A stretch of DNA of 64,000 nucleotides from Acidobacteriota bacterium (GCA_019244185.1 JAFATB010000020.1:83261-147260); one strand, 5' to 3'; positions 9,582-19,560 are shown, counted from the stretch's first letter. Made by a program: numbers and translations. The notes: generated by a model from the sequence alone, not told the origin.

Positions 9582-11390
9582 TCAGTGCTGCACGGAGCGC
9601 CGCCGCGGCGGCGTCGACGGCGCCGTGAACTCGTACGTCAGCGAGCGCCGCGGCGGACACGCCGGACCGTAGTCCGACTCCACCCACCACCGCACGCGGC
9701 CGCTGAGAAACGCGGTGTACGTGTTCGTCTCCAGTCCCCGCGCGAGTGCGACGGGCGGCCTTCCGTCGACGGAGACCCATACCGTCGACGACCGCGCGCC
9801 GGCGACCGGCTGCCAGACCATGCGCACCACGTTCGTCGACGTCGTCTCGCGATACGCCGGTTTCGACAGGTTCGCGCGCACTTCCGAACAGCGGACGCCG
9901 AGGTAGACGTCGTGATCGGCGAGATCGTGCTGCCCGCGCCAGTACGCGAGATTGAAGACGCGCGATTCGAGGAAGCCGAAGGACGTCTTGCCGTTTGCGC
10001 GCACGCGCAGAATCGCGGTGAGCTCGCCGAGACGATAGGGATCGAGCAATGCGCGCGAGGTGAACGGATTGCGGCCGACGAGGATGCGCCCTTCGGCGTC
10101 GCTGGTGAAGTGGAGATCGGGCACGTCGTCGACGACACGCGTGAGATACGTGTCGGCAATGGAGAGATCGTCGTTCTCGCGGACGCCCTGGAAGAGATCG
10201 ACGTCCGCGTTCGGCACGGGATTGCCTTCGGCATCGCGCAGCGTGATGCGATTCTGCGCGGGCAGATCGTTGAGGTACGCGCCGTAGTTGCCCGGCACGT
10301 TCGCGATGCCGGACACCGCGCGCGCGCCGGCGATGAGGTTGAGCGCGGCGGCGCTGTAGCGATCGATCCAGTCGTAGTCGTTCGCCATCAGGCCGCTGTC
10401 GGCGGTCTCGTAAACCGTGTAGCCCTGCATGCCGTTCGAGATCAGCGACGACGCGGGCATCAGGTTGCCGACGACCGGCGTCCCGTTGTCGGTGATGTCG
10501 ACGCGGTACCGCGGCGGCAGGTGCTTCACGCCGAAGGCGTAGACGTCGATGAGATAGCGCGCATGCCCGAGCTCGTGCACCGTCGTCTTGTTCAGGTAGA
10601 ACGAGTTCAACGTGTTGATGGAGGTGAGATCGGTGAGGCCCGGAACGGCGTCCGCGGTGAAGCCCCACGACAGATCGACCGTGCGATCGGCGTCGTTCGG
10701 ATGCGATGAAGCGTTGCCGTCGACCGGATTCACGGGCACGAGCGGCAGCGCGCCGTCGGGCACGACGACGACCTTCTGCAATCGCCAGCGATCGTGCACG
10801 CCCTGCGGCGTCTCCGGATAAATGGCGATCTGCGCGATGTCGTTGTACCAGGTGATGTGCCGCTGCGCCCAGTCCTCGAACGATGCGGAGCCGAGGCCGG
10901 CGAGCTTCTGCTGGTTCTCGCGCATGAAGCGGTAGAACGACTCTTCGACCCAGAAGCCGACCGCGAGCGCGTCGGTGAAGATGGTGAGCTCGTTGTTCGT
11001 CTCCGATTCCTCGACGAGCTGCCGATCGCTGTCGATGCGAAACGTCAGCTCGTGACGCTCGAACGACCACGGGCGCACGAGGTCGACGGTCGTAAACGCA
11101 TCCGCGGCGAGTTGCACGGAGCCCGATTCGACGACCGCGTGATCGAGCAGCCATTCGTAGCGAACGGTCTGCGCGCCGTTCGACCAGTTGCGCACGTGCG
11201 CCTGCCATGTCACGGCCTGACCAACGGCCGGCCAGCCTTCGACGCGCGGGTTCATGCTTTGCCAGACGTAGTCGATCTCGGGCAGGCGGCTGATCCAGCC
11301 GACGTCGAGGTCGGTGCTCGTACGCGCGAAGAGGCTCGAGGCGGCGAACACCAACAGCAGTGCGACGCGTGCAGGCGCGGGAATCGTCAT
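9582..11390 (-). CDS. Secreted zinc metalloprotease-like protein with CARDB-like domain and C-terminal RRRSVQH tail
   Basis: Signal peptide; IDSDRQLVEESETNNE (CARDB-like); HELGH. Confidence 0.75.
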   Translation of the reverse strand: MTIPAPARVALLLVFAASSLFARTSTDLDVGWISRLPEIDYVWQSMNPRVEGWPAVGQAVTWQAHVRNWSNGAQTVRYEWLLDHAVVESGSVQLAADAFTTVDLVRPWSFERHELTFRIDSDRQLVEESETNNELTIFTDALAVGFWVEESFYRFMRENQQKLAGLGSASFEDWAQRHITWYNDIAQIAIYPETPQGVHDRWRLQKVVVVPDGALPLVPVNPVDGNASSHPNDADRTVDLSWGFTADAVPGLTDLTSINTLNSFYLNKTTVHELGHARYLIDVYAFGVKHLPPRYRVDITDNGTPVVGNLMPASSLISNGMQGYTVYETADSGLMANDYDWIDRYSAAALNLIAGARAVSGIANVPGNYGAYLNDLPAQNRITLRDAEGNPVPNADVDLFQGVRENDDLSIADTYLTRVVDDVPDLHFTSDAEGRILVGRNPFTSRALLDPYRLGELTAILRVRANGKTSFGFLESRVFNLAYWRGQHDLADHDVYLGVRCSEVRANLSKPAYRETTSTNVVRMVWQPVAGARSSTVWVSVDGRPPVALARGLETNTYTAFLSGRVRWWVESDYGPACPPRRSLTYEFTAPSTPPRRRSVQH

Positions 11391-11436
11391 CGTCGTCTCC
11401 GAAGGCGATCAACCTAGCACCGCGCGAATCCGCGAG

Positions 11437-11454
11437 ATCGCACGCGCGTGCGAT
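11437..11454. promoter_or_regulatory. Perfect 18-bp palindrome ATCGCACGCGCGTGCGAT in a divergent promoter region
   Basis: Self-complementary; lies between divergent starts at 11390 and 11520. Confidence 0.35.
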
Positions 11455-11519
11455 GTTTGCAGTCTTGATGCAGCACCAGCGGGCTGAACTTCTTCGCGCC
11501 GCATGCGTAGAGTGCAGGC

Positions 11520-13028
11520 ATGCACGACGCGCACGAGCTCCGCGAGCGCCGCTCCGCACTCCTCGGCATCGCACTCTTCGCGCTCGCGAAGCTCGCGCTG
11601 CACACGTGGATCAACCGCCAGTACGGCTTTCATCGCGACGAGCTCGCGACGCTCGACGACGCGCGGCATCTCGCGTGGGGCTTCGTCGCGTATCCGCCGC
11701 TCACGCCATTCTTCGGCCGCATCGCGCTGACGCTCTTCGGCACGTCGCTGGCGGGCTTCCGCTTTTTCGCCGCGGCGGCGCAGGCGGTCGCGATCGTGCT
11801 CACCGGCGACATCGCGCGGCGTCTCGGCGGCGCACGCGCGGCGCAATGGCTCGCCGCGATCGCCGTCGCCGTCGCGCCGATCTCCCTCGGCGCGTCGTCG
11901 CTCTTTCAGTACGTCGCGTTCGATTACCTCTGGTGGGTCGTGATCGCATGGGGCATGACCGCGCTCGTCGCGTCCGAAGATCCACGCTGGTGGCTCGTCA
12001 TCGGCGCCGGCATCGGCCTCGGCGTGCTGACGAAGTACGCGATCGCCTTCTGCGTCGCCGGCGTGGTCCTCGGCGTGCTGCTCACGCCGCGCCGCCGCGA
12101 CCTGCGCTCGAAGTATCTGTGGCTCGGCGTCGCCGTCGCCGTGGTCATCGCCGCGCCGAACCTGCTCTGGGAAGTGCGCCACGACTTCATCACGCTCGAC
12201 TTTCTGAAGAGCATCCACCAGCGCGACATCGAGATCGGGCGCACGAGCGACTTCCTCGTGAATCAGCTCTACGTTCCCGCGAATCCGTTGACGATTCCGT
12301 TGTGGGCCGCAGGCCTCGCCGCGCTCTTCTTCGTTCGTTCCTTCGCGCGCTTCCGCATCCTCGCCTGGGTGGCGCTCGTGCCCTTCGTGCTCTTCATCGT
12401 GGCGAAAGGCCGCGACTACTACGCCGGGCCGCTCTATCCCCCGCTCCTCGCCGCGGGCTCGGTGCTGCTGCTTTCGCTGATGTCCGCGCGCGCGGTGAGG
12501 TGGACGCTCGCGATCGCGATTCCGATCCTGCTCGCGGCGGGCGGCGCGATCGCGGCGCTGATCCTGCCGGTCGCGCCTCCCGGCTCCGCGTGGTTCCGGC
12601 GCGCACTCGAGGAAAACGGCGATCTGCGCGAGGAGCTCGGCTGGCCGGAGCTCGCGGGCGAAGTCGCGCGCATCTGGCAAACGATTCCCGCGAGCGAGCG
12701 CGCGCACGCGGCGATCTACTGCGCGAATTACGGCGAGGCCGGCGCGATCGGCTTGTATGGTCCCGCGCATGGATTGCCGCCCGCGATCAGCGGCGTGAAC
12801 TCGTTCTGGGCGCGCGGCTACGGCGATCCGCCGCCGGACATCGTGATCGTCGTCGGCGCGCGACGCGAGCGGCTCGAGCAGCGCTTCGGCGTCGTCGAGT
12901 TGGCGGGACACGTGCCGAATCCGTGGCACGTCGCGAACGAAGAAGCGGGACATCCGGAGATCTACGTCTGCCGCGGGCCGCGCGTGCCGTGGGCGCAGCT
13001 GTGGCCGCAGATCCGCTCGTTTGGTTGA
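11520..13028 (+). CDS. GT-C fold glycosyltransferase (family 39/PMT-like)
   Basis: YGFHRDE, YPPLTP, multiple TM helices, NYGEAGAI. Confidence 0.85.
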   Translation: MHDAHELRERRSALLGIALFALAKLALHTWINRQYGFHRDELATLDDARHLAWGFVAYPPLTPFFGRIALTLFGTSLAGFRFFAAAAQAVAIVLTGDIARRLGGARAAQWLAAIAVAVAPISLGASSLFQYVAFDYLWWVVIAWGMTALVASEDPRWWLVIGAGIGLGVLTKYAIAFCVAGVVLGVLLTPRRRDLRSKYLWLGVAVAVVIAAPNLLWEVRHDFITLDFLKSIHQRDIEIGRTSDFLVNQLYVPANPLTIPLWAAGLAALFFVRSFARFRILAWVALVPFVLFIVAKGRDYYAGPLYPPLLAAGSVLLLSLMSARAVRWTLAIAIPILLAAGGAIAALILPVAPPGSAWFRRALEENGDLREELGWPELAGEVARIWQTIPASERAHAAIYCANYGEAGAIGLYGPAHGLPPAISGVNSFWARGYGDPPPDIVIVVGARRERLEQRFGVVELAGHVPNPWHVANEEAGHPEIYVCRGPRVPWAQLWPQIRSFG

Positions 13029-13031
13029 CGC

Positions 13032-13439
13032 TCACCACATCCCGATGTCGCGTAGCGGCGCGAGCACGAACTCGCGCTCGTGGAAGCGCGGATGCGGCAG
13101 CGTGAGCGCGCGCGTCCGCATGCGATGCGCGCCGTAGAAGATCAGATCGAGATCGATGATACGCGGCGCGTTCCGCACGCTGCCGCGCACGCGGCCGAGG
13201 CGGCGTTCGATCGCGAGGAGCGCATCGAGCAACGCCAGCGGCGCGAGATGCGTGTAGCCGGCGACGGCCATGTTGAGGAACGGCGGCGAGTGCGGCGGCG
13301 CGTCGACCGGCGCGGTCTCGCGGATCGCGCTCACGCGCACGATGCGCACGACGTCGCGCAGCTCGTGCAGCGCGCGGCGCAGAAAGTACGCGCGGTCGCC
13401 GAGGTTCGACCCAAGGGCGATGACGACGGTTTCAGGCGT
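13032..13439 (-). CDS. folK: 2-amino-4-hydroxy-6-hydroxymethyldihydropteridine pyrophosphokinase (start uncertain: ACG at 13439 or ATG at 13541)
   Basis: IALGSNLGDR, FLN, PRIIDLDL, LPHPRFHEREFVL. Confidence 0.9.
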   Translation of the reverse strand, partial: TPETVVIALGSNLGDRAYFLRRALHELRDVVRIVRVSAIRETAPVDAPPHSPPFLNMAVAGYTHLAPLALLDALLAIERRLGRVRGSVRNAPRIIDLDLIFYGAHRMRTRALTLPHPRFHEREFVLAPLRDIGMW

Positions 13440-13869
13440 CGATGCTGAGATCGTTCGGGAGCTCGTCGACGTCGTCGCTGGCGCGCGGGAAGAACTCGCG
13501 GAGGTGGTCGCCGGCGGCGCGGATTGCTTCGACGATGCCATCGGTGAATTCTCCGTTCTTGAAGCGGACCGTCAGCTTCGCGGCGATCTCGTCCCAGAAG
13601 CCGGCGGGCACGCTCTCGTCGATGTGCTGATCGCCGAGGATGACGAAGCGCTGTTCCTCGCAGGCGATGAAAAGCAGCACGCCGGTGCGCAGCGCGGTCT
13701 TAGTCATACCGAGGCGCTCGAACGTGCGCTCGGCGACGGTGCGCAGGTCGCCGCCGGCTTTCGGTTGCACGTGCACGCGGATCTCGCCGGAGGTCTGCAG
13801 TTCCGCTTCCGCGATCGCGTCGACGATGCGCGGCTGATCGAGCTTCGCCAGAAACTCCTTCTGATTCAT
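13432..13869 (-). CDS. TPM domain protein
   Basis: AELQTSGEIRVHV, RTGVLLF, ELPN; lemA-TPM-TPM operon. Confidence 0.88.
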   Translation of the reverse strand: MNQKEFLAKLDQPRIVDAIAEAELQTSGEIRVHVQPKAGGDLRTVAERTFERLGMTKTALRTGVLLFIACEEQRFVILGDQHIDESVPAGFWDEIAAKLTVRFKNGEFTDGIVEAIRAAGDHLREFFPRASDDVDELPNDLSIDA

Positions 13870-14687
13870 CACCAGCCTCCCGTCGCGCCGCCGCCGCCGA
13901 AGCCGCCACCGCCGCCCGAGAATCCGCCACCGCCGCCGAACCCGCCGCCTCCTCCGAATCCGCCGAAGCCACCGCCGCCGAAGCCTCCGCGTCCGCCGAA
14001 TGTGGTGCCGCCGCCGGAGAGGAAGAACGGCAGCAGACAGCCGCCGCAGCCGCCGCGACGCCGGCCGCCGCCAGTGAGCATCGGCACGACCACGAAGAAG
14101 ACGACGAACAGGATCACGAGGATCGCGATCGGATTGAGATCGCCGCGCGCGCGTTGCTGCGTGCCCTGTTGCGCCCCGCCGCTGCGCTGCATCGGCGCGA
14201 CGGGAGCCTCGCCTTTGCGGATTTGCGCCATCAGCGCGTCGGCCGCGGCGCTCAGACCGCCCGCGTAGTCGTTCTGCTGGAAGTGCGGCGCGAGGTCGTT
14301 GCGGATGACGTCGGACGAGAACGCGTCGGTGATCGTGCCTTCGAGTCCGTAGCCGACCTCGACGCGCGCCTTGCGTTCCTTCGCGAAGATGAAGAGAACG
14401 AGTCCGTTGTCGTACTTTTTCTGCCCGACCTTCCACCGCTCGACGCAGCGGATGGTGAAGTCCTCGATCGACTGGCCTTCGATCGACGGCAGCGTGTAGA
14501 TGATGAACTGCGCGCCGCTCTGCTGCTCGAAGCTGTGCAGCTTCGTATCGAGCAACGCGGCATCCGTCGCGTTGACGAGACCCGCGCTGTCGGTGAACCA
14601 GCGGGTGGGCGCCGGCGGGACGTCGAGCGCGAACGCGCTCGACGCCGAGGCGAGGAGCAGGAGGAGAAGAACGCGAAGGGAGCGCAC
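13869..14687 (-). CDS. TPM domain membrane protein (YgcG-like) with Gly-rich tail
   Basis: Signal peptide, EVGYGLEG, C-terminal GGGGFGGGGATGGW. Confidence 0.9.
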   Translation of the reverse strand: MRSLRVLLLLLLASASSAFALDVPPAPTRWFTDSAGLVNATDAALLDTKLHSFEQQSGAQFIIYTLPSIEGQSIEDFTIRCVERWKVGQKKYDNGLVLFIFAKERKARVEVGYGLEGTITDAFSSDVIRNDLAPHFQQNDYAGGLSAAADALMAQIRKGEAPVAPMQRSGGAQQGTQQRARGDLNPIAILVILFVVFFVVVPMLTGGGRRRGGCGGCLLPFFLSGGGTTFGGRGGFGGGGFGGFGGGGGFGGGGGFSGGGGGFGGGGATGGW

Positions 14688-14700
14688 GAGTCGCGCGCTC

Positions 14701-15336
14701 CTAGAACTGGAAGTTCACGTCCGGCGCCTTCTCGCTGCCCGCGGTGCCTTTGAAGTACGCCTTCGCCTTGAAGCCGCTCATGTTCGCAACGAGGTTCGCC
14801 GGGAAGCGGCGGATGGCCGTATTGAAGGCCTGCGCGGCGGTGTTATAGCGCTGTCGCTCGACGGAAATGCGGTTCTCCGTCCCTTCCAGCTGCGACTGCA
14901 GCTCGAGGAAGTTCTGGTTCGACTTCAGGTCGGGATAGCGCTCGACGACGACGAGCAGCCGCGAGAGCGCGTTCGACAGTCCGGCCTGCGCTTCCGCGAA
15001 CTGGTTCATCGCGTTCTGGTCGTTGACCGCGGCGCCCGCGCCGGCGGCGGCACCCGGAGGTCCGCCCGGCGACTGCACCTGGCCGACGCGCGCGCGTGCG
15101 TTGACGACCGCTTCGAGCGTCGACTTCTCGAAGTTCGCCGCGCCCTGCACCGTGCGCACGAGATTCGGGATAAGGTCGTAGCGCCGCTGATACTGGCTCT
15201 CGACCTGCGCCCATTGCTGGTTCACGCCTTCCTCGAGGCCGACGAGGTTATTGCGCACGCTGACGAAGTAGCCGCCGAAGATGATGACGGCCAGGATCAG
15301 CGCTCCGACGCAGCCGAGCAATCCGAACTTGCGCAC
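14701..15336 (-). CDS. lemA: LemA family protein
   Basis: QYQRRYDLIPNLV, ERYPDLKSN, LEGTENRI; GTG overlaps the upstream TAG. Confidence 0.93.
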   Translation of the reverse strand: MRKFGLLGCVGALILAVIIFGGYFVSVRNNLVGLEEGVNQQWAQVESQYQRRYDLIPNLVRTVQGAANFEKSTLEAVVNARARVGQVQSPGGPPGAAAGAGAAVNDQNAMNQFAEAQAGLSNALSRLLVVVERYPDLKSNQNFLELQSQLEGTENRISVERQRYNTAAQAFNTAIRRFPANLVANMSGFKAKAYFKGTAGSEKAPDVNFQF

Positions 15337-15629
15337 TAGTACTCCTCTTCTTCTTCTTCGTCCGCTTCTTCCTCGCGGTCGTCCGCGGCGGGCGTGAACT
15401 CTTCGTCCTCGCCTTCCGCGGCTTCGCCGCCGCTGGCCGCGGGCGTGAACTCTTCTTCGTCCGGCGGTTCCTCGACGACGCGGCGGCCGCGTGGTGACGT
15501 GTAGACCGGCGCCTCCTCGGCATCGCGCTGGTCCGCGCCGCACTTCGGACAGAGCGGCACGGGCTTGCCGAGGTCATAGAACTTCGTATGGCAGCTGTAA
15601 CAGGTGTATTTGCGTCCGAGCTCAGGCAT
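15336..15629 (-). CDS. FYDLN acid-domain protein (TIGR02300-like zinc ribbon)
   Basis: [25 protein letters not shown] plus acidic tail. Confidence 0.85.
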   Translation of the reverse strand: MPELGRKYTCYSCHTKFYDLGKPVPLCPKCGADQRDAEEAPVYTSPRGRRVVEEPPDEEEFTPAASGGEAAEGEDEEFTPAADDREEEADEEEEEEY

Positions 15630-15672
15630 CTGTGATTTCCGTATCCCCTTCGAAAAGCGGCGACACGTTAGC

Positions 15673-15706
15673 ACAAAACAGAAGCGGCGGGCTCGCGCCC
15701 GCCGCT
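15673..15706 (-). terminator. Rho-independent terminator downstream of ctpA
   Basis: 10-bp stem AGCGGCGGGC/GCCCGCCGCT followed on the minus strand by TCTGTTTTG. Confidence 0.65.
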
Positions 15707-15729
15707 CGCGTGTTGCCGCTGCAAATCGG

Positions 15730-17397
15730 CTAATCGGTTTTCGGATTCGCCTGCGCGGCGCGCGTTCCCGCCTGATCGGTGCGGCCGTCGCTGCCGTGCG
15801 CGCGAACGTTCTCGGCGGTCGTGGCGAGCTTCTGCGACTCGGGGAAGACCTCGAGCGCTTTCTCGATCTGCGCGTCGCCTTCGAGGCGATACGGATACGA
15901 TGCGTCGAAGCCGAACTTCGCGGCCACGATCTCCGCCTTCAGCGCGCGCTCGATGTACTTGCGGTCGACCGGCTGCTGCAGCGCCGAGCGGATGTCGCTC
16001 TCCGAGGCCATGTCCTTCTCCGCGGAGTAGCGGATGAACTCCTCGACCATGGCCGGCGTGACGACGATGTCCTTCGTGACGTCGTGCGCCGCGGCGTATT
16101 CGACGGCGTAGTTGAAGATCGCGCTGCGCACTTCGAGAAGCTGCGTCGTGCGCGCGAGCGTCGGCTGTTTGATCATCACGTCCGGCGTGATGCCGCCGCC
16201 GCCGTAGACGATGCGTCCCGTGTCGGTCTTGAACTGCGCGCGCTTGTCGAGCGGCACCTCGGGACCGTTCTCGGTCTCGTCGGCCATGTAGTAGTCGTAG
16301 ACGGAGCTGTAGTCGCGCTGAATGTTGCGGCCGGACGGCGTGTAGTACTTCGACGTCGTCAGTGCGAGCCCCGCGCCGTACTGCAGCGTGTAGACGCTCT
16401 GCACGAGTCCCTTGCCCCAGCTCGTCTCACCGACGACGAGGCCGCGGTCGTGATCCTGAATCGCACCGGCCACGATCTCCGACGCCGACGCGCTGCCGCG
16501 GTTGACGACGACGACGAGCGGACGCTCGAAGCGATCGTGCTTGCCGGGCGCCGTGTACTCCTGCGCGGAGTCGGGCGTGCGGCCGCGCGTGTAGACGATC
16601 ATCTGCCCCTTCTCGAGGAAGTGATCGGCGACGCCGACGGCCGCGTCGAGGAGACCGCCGGGATTGCCGCGCAGGTCGAGGACGAGCTTCTGCATCCCCT
16701 GCTCGTTGAGCTTGGCGATGGCGTCATCGAGCTCGCGCACGGTCGTCGAGGTGAAGTCTTTGATGCGGATGTAGCCGACGCCCGGACGGATCATCAGCGT
16801 GTTCGAGATCGAGTTCGTGGGGATGGCCGCGCGCGTGATCGTGAGCGCGATCGGCTCCTTGATGCCGATGCGGGTGATCTTGATGTGGACCGTGGTGCCC
16901 TTCGGTCCCTTGAGGCGCTTCACCACTTCATCGAGCGTGAGGTCGTCGGTGTTGGTGCCTTCGACTTCCGAGATCACATCGCCGGCGCGGACGCCGAGGC
17001 GCGCGGCGGGCGTGCCTTCGAGCGGCGTGATGACCGTGACCTGATCGTTGCGCTTCGTGACCAGGATGCCGAGGCCGTAGAACGTGCCCTTCTGGCGATC
17101 CTGCATGTCCGAGTACTCCTTCGGCTCGAGGAAGGAGGTGTGCGGATCGAGCGTGCGCAGCATGCCGTCGATCGACGCGTAGACGAACTTGTCCGAGCCT
17201 TTGTCCTCGGGCGAGTTCGCGGTCACGGCGTTGAGCAGATCGGTGTACTCCCTCATCCGCTTCTGCAGGTCGCCGTTCTGCGTCGTCGCGCCGAAGAGGC
17301 GGTTGCCGTAGAAGCCGCCGATCAGCGTCGCTCCGATGATGGCGACGAGCAGCGTCAGCGAAAACGTCCATTTCGAAGTTGTCTGTACTTTGGCCAC
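15730..17397 (-). CDS. ctpA: S41 carboxy-terminal processing protease
   Basis: LDPHT, PDZ domain, [25 protein letters not shown]. Confidence 0.93.
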   Translation of the reverse strand: MAKVQTTSKWTFSLTLLVAIIGATLIGGFYGNRLFGATTQNGDLQKRMREYTDLLNAVTANSPEDKGSDKFVYASIDGMLRTLDPHTSFLEPKEYSDMQDRQKGTFYGLGILVTKRNDQVTVITPLEGTPAARLGVRAGDVISEVEGTNTDDLTLDEVVKRLKGPKGTTVHIKITRIGIKEPIALTITRAAIPTNSISNTLMIRPGVGYIRIKDFTSTTVRELDDAIAKLNEQGMQKLVLDLRGNPGGLLDAAVGVADHFLEKGQMIVYTRGRTPDSAQEYTAPGKHDRFERPLVVVVNRGSASASEIVAGAIQDHDRGLVVGETSWGKGLVQSVYTLQYGAGLALTTSKYYTPSGRNIQRDYSSVYDYYMADETENGPEVPLDKRAQFKTDTGRIVYGGGGITPDVMIKQPTLARTTQLLEVRSAIFNYAVEYAAAHDVTKDIVVTPAMVEEFIRYSAEKDMASESDIRSALQQPVDRKYIERALKAEIVAAKFGFDASYPYRLEGDAQIEKALEVFPESQKLATTAENVRAHGSDGRTDQAGTRAAQANPKTD

Positions 17398-17517
17398 TGT
17401 CGTTCCTTCGTGCTCGCGATACACTTTGGACGGTCGTAACGTCATTATAAGGACGGAGTATTCACCGTTCCGCGGCTGTTCACGCCGCCGTCACCTTCAG
17501 ATCGAGATACTGCAACC

Positions 17518-17964
17518 ATGTTCGGCTCAATCGGGGTCCCGGAGCTTCTGCTCATCTTCGTCGTCGTGCTCATCGTCTTCGGACCGCGACGTCTTCCGGA
17601 AATCGGCCGCACGCTCGGCAAAGCGCTCGGCGAGTTCCGCAAAGCCACCGACGATCTGAAGAACACCATCGAACGCGAAGTGCGGCTCGAAGAGCTGAAG
17701 CAGATCGCGCCGTCGGTGCTCACGCCGGTCGAGTCGATATCAAGGAGTGAGCCAGTCAAGCCTGCACCTGCTCCTGAGACGGTGAAAGAGCCGGAAACGT
17801 TGCCGGTGCCCGCTTCGGATCCGAACGAACCACGTCCGACGATGGCCGAGCTCGCCCGCAAGGCGGAGATCGCGGCCGCGGAAGATGCGGCGGTGCCGGC
17901 GGCCGTGCCGTCCACAGCGGCCGGTGATCACGATGCGCCGATCGCGCGCGGTACATTGAGCTGA
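17518..17964 (+). CDS. tatB: Twin-arginine translocase subunit TatA/TatB
   Basis: IGVPELL..LIVFGPRRLPEIGR; coupled to tatC. Confidence 0.85.
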   Translation: MFGSIGVPELLLIFVVVLIVFGPRRLPEIGRTLGKALGEFRKATDDLKNTIEREVRLEELKQIAPSVLTPVESISRSEPVKPAPAPETVKEPETLPVPASDPNEPRPTMAELARKAEIAAAEDAAVPAAVPSTAAGDHDAPIARGTLS

Positions 17965-18731
17965 TGTCGGCGAACGCGAATCTCCACGCGGTGGAGCCGG
18001 ATCCCGAGAGCGAACTGCCGAAGATGTCGTTCCTCGATCACCTCGAGGAACTGCGCAAGCGGCTGATCGTCTCGTTCATCGCCGTCGGCGTCGGGTTCCT
18101 CCTCTGCTGGGCATTCGCGGACAAGATTTTCGGGAAGCTGCAGGAGCCGCTGACGAAGTTCCTGCCGCCGGGCGACAAGCTCGCGTACACGCGTCTCACC
18201 GCGCCGTTCTTCCTCTACATGAAGGTGGCGTTCTTCGCCGGCATCTTCCTCGCCGCGCCGGTGGTCTTGCTGCAGTTGTGGCTCTTCATCGCACCGGGAC
18301 TGTACAAAAAGGAACGTCGCCTCGCCGCGCCGTTCATCATCTTCGGCACGCTCTTCTTCCTCATCGGCGGCTACTTCGGCTATCGCATTCTGCTTCCCGC
18401 GACGTGCAGCTTCTTCGTCGAGCAGGGCAAGCAGTTCAAGCAGATGGTCACGATCGACGACTACTTCGGCTTCGCGAACACGATCATCCTCGCGACCGGC
18501 GCGGTCTTCGAGACGCCGATCCTGATCTTCTTCCTCGCGCGCATCGGCCTTGTGACGCCCGCGTTCCTGATGCAGAAGTTCAAGTACGCGGTGGTGCTGT
18601 CGTTCATCATCGCGGCCGTCGTCACGCCGACGCCGGACATGGTCACGCAGTCCGCGCTGGCCGTGCCGATGATCCTGCTGTATCTGATCGGCGTCGGCGT
18701 CGCGTACGCGTTCGGCAAGAAGGTCGAGTAA
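17964..18731 (+). CDS. tatC: Twin-arginine translocase subunit TatC
   Basis: HLEELRKRL, FIAPGLY, FETP, TPTPD. Confidence 0.96.
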   Translation: MSANANLHAVEPDPESELPKMSFLDHLEELRKRLIVSFIAVGVGFLLCWAFADKIFGKLQEPLTKFLPPGDKLAYTRLTAPFFLYMKVAFFAGIFLAAPVVLLQLWLFIAPGLYKKERRLAAPFIIFGTLFFLIGGYFGYRILLPATCSFFVEQGKQFKQMVTIDDYFGFANTIILATGAVFETPILIFFLARIGLVTPAFLMQKFKYAVVLSFIIAAVVTPTPDMVTQSALAVPMILLYLIGVGVAYAFGKKVE

Positions 18732-18762
18732 ACGCCGCCGCGTTGCGCCGCGTACAACCGGC

Positions 18763-19257
18763 ATGACCCGCTGGTTGACCCTTTCCGCGCTCCTCCTCCT
18801 CTCGCTCGCCGCCTCCGCACAGACCCGCATCGACCTCGGCGTTTCGCTCGGACAGCAGCCGTACTCCAACACCATTCTCGATCCGCGCTACCTGCCGGGC
18901 GTCGACGTCACCGCGACACACAATCACCTCGTCGCGCAACTCGCCATCGAATATGCCGACATCTCGGATGTCGACGGCCATCTCTACGCGTTGCACGGCG
19001 ACGCGCTCTATCGCATCCCGTTCGCATCGACCTGGAGCTTCGCCATCGGCGGCGGCCCGTCTTACCTCTACAGCGGTGAGTCGGTCTCCGAGTTCACCGT
19101 CAACGGCGAAGCGGAGCTCGCATGGCAGCGCGATCGGTTCGGCGTGTTCGGCCGCGTCCGCGCGTACGACTATTCACTGACTGGATTTCGCGTGCGTGAA
19201 TCCGGACCGAACGGTCCCGCCGTCTATCTCGGCGCGCGCTGGACGCTGCAGCGCTGA
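18763..19257 (+). CDS. Small outer-membrane beta-barrel-like protein
   Basis: Signal peptide, alternating hydrophobic strands, C-terminal YLGARW. Confidence 0.65.
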   Translation: MTRWLTLSALLLLSLAASAQTRIDLGVSLGQQPYSNTILDPRYLPGVDVTATHNHLVAQLAIEYADISDVDGHLYALHGDALYRIPFASTWSFAIGGGPSYLYSGESVSEFTVNGEAELAWQRDRFGVFGRVRAYDYSLTGFRVRESGPNGPAVYLGARWTLQR

Positions 19258-19266
19258 GCGCGCGCG

Positions 19267-19482
19267 TCAGCGCTCGACTTCGAACTCCGACGCCGTCTGC
19301 GCCAGCGCCTCGTTGAAGATGATGACCGTCTCGGCGATCGGAAACAGCACGGTGTGATTGCGCTGCTGCACTTCGAGCACGACTTCGTAGAAGCCGAGGT
19401 CGTTGATGGCGATGAGCGTGCCGGGCTTTCCCTTGATCTCCAGCGTGCGGTTGAAGATCGAGATCTTGGACGGTATCTCCAT
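19267..19482 (-). CDS. 71-aa hypothetical beta-rich protein
   Basis: Host-like codon pattern; extended -10 TGnTATCGT 8 nt before ATG. Confidence 0.7.
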   Translation of the reverse strand: MEIPSKISIFNRTLEIKGKPGTLIAINDLGFYEVVLEVQQRNHTVLFPIAETVIIFNEALAQTASEFEVER

Positions 19483-19505
19483 GCGCGCGAACGATAGCAC
19501 GACAC

Positions 19506-19540
19506 AAAAAAAGGGCGGACCGAACTCCGCCCTTTCGTTT
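19506..19540 (-). terminator. Rho-independent (possibly bidirectional) terminator after the PPIase gene
   Basis: Stem AAAGGGCGGA/TCCGCCCTTT with A7 run (U tract on minus strand). Confidence 0.8.
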
Positions 19541-19560
19541 CGTTGCGATGTGCTCGCGCG

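Noticed and set aside
13875-14070. CCG/GGC tandem repeats
   Set aside because: They encode the normal Gly-rich tail of YgcG-type TPM proteins
15388-15455. 17-nt direct repeat GCGGGCGTGAACTCTTC
   Set aside because: Only two copies, coding EEFTPA twice in an acidic tail; not CRISPR-like
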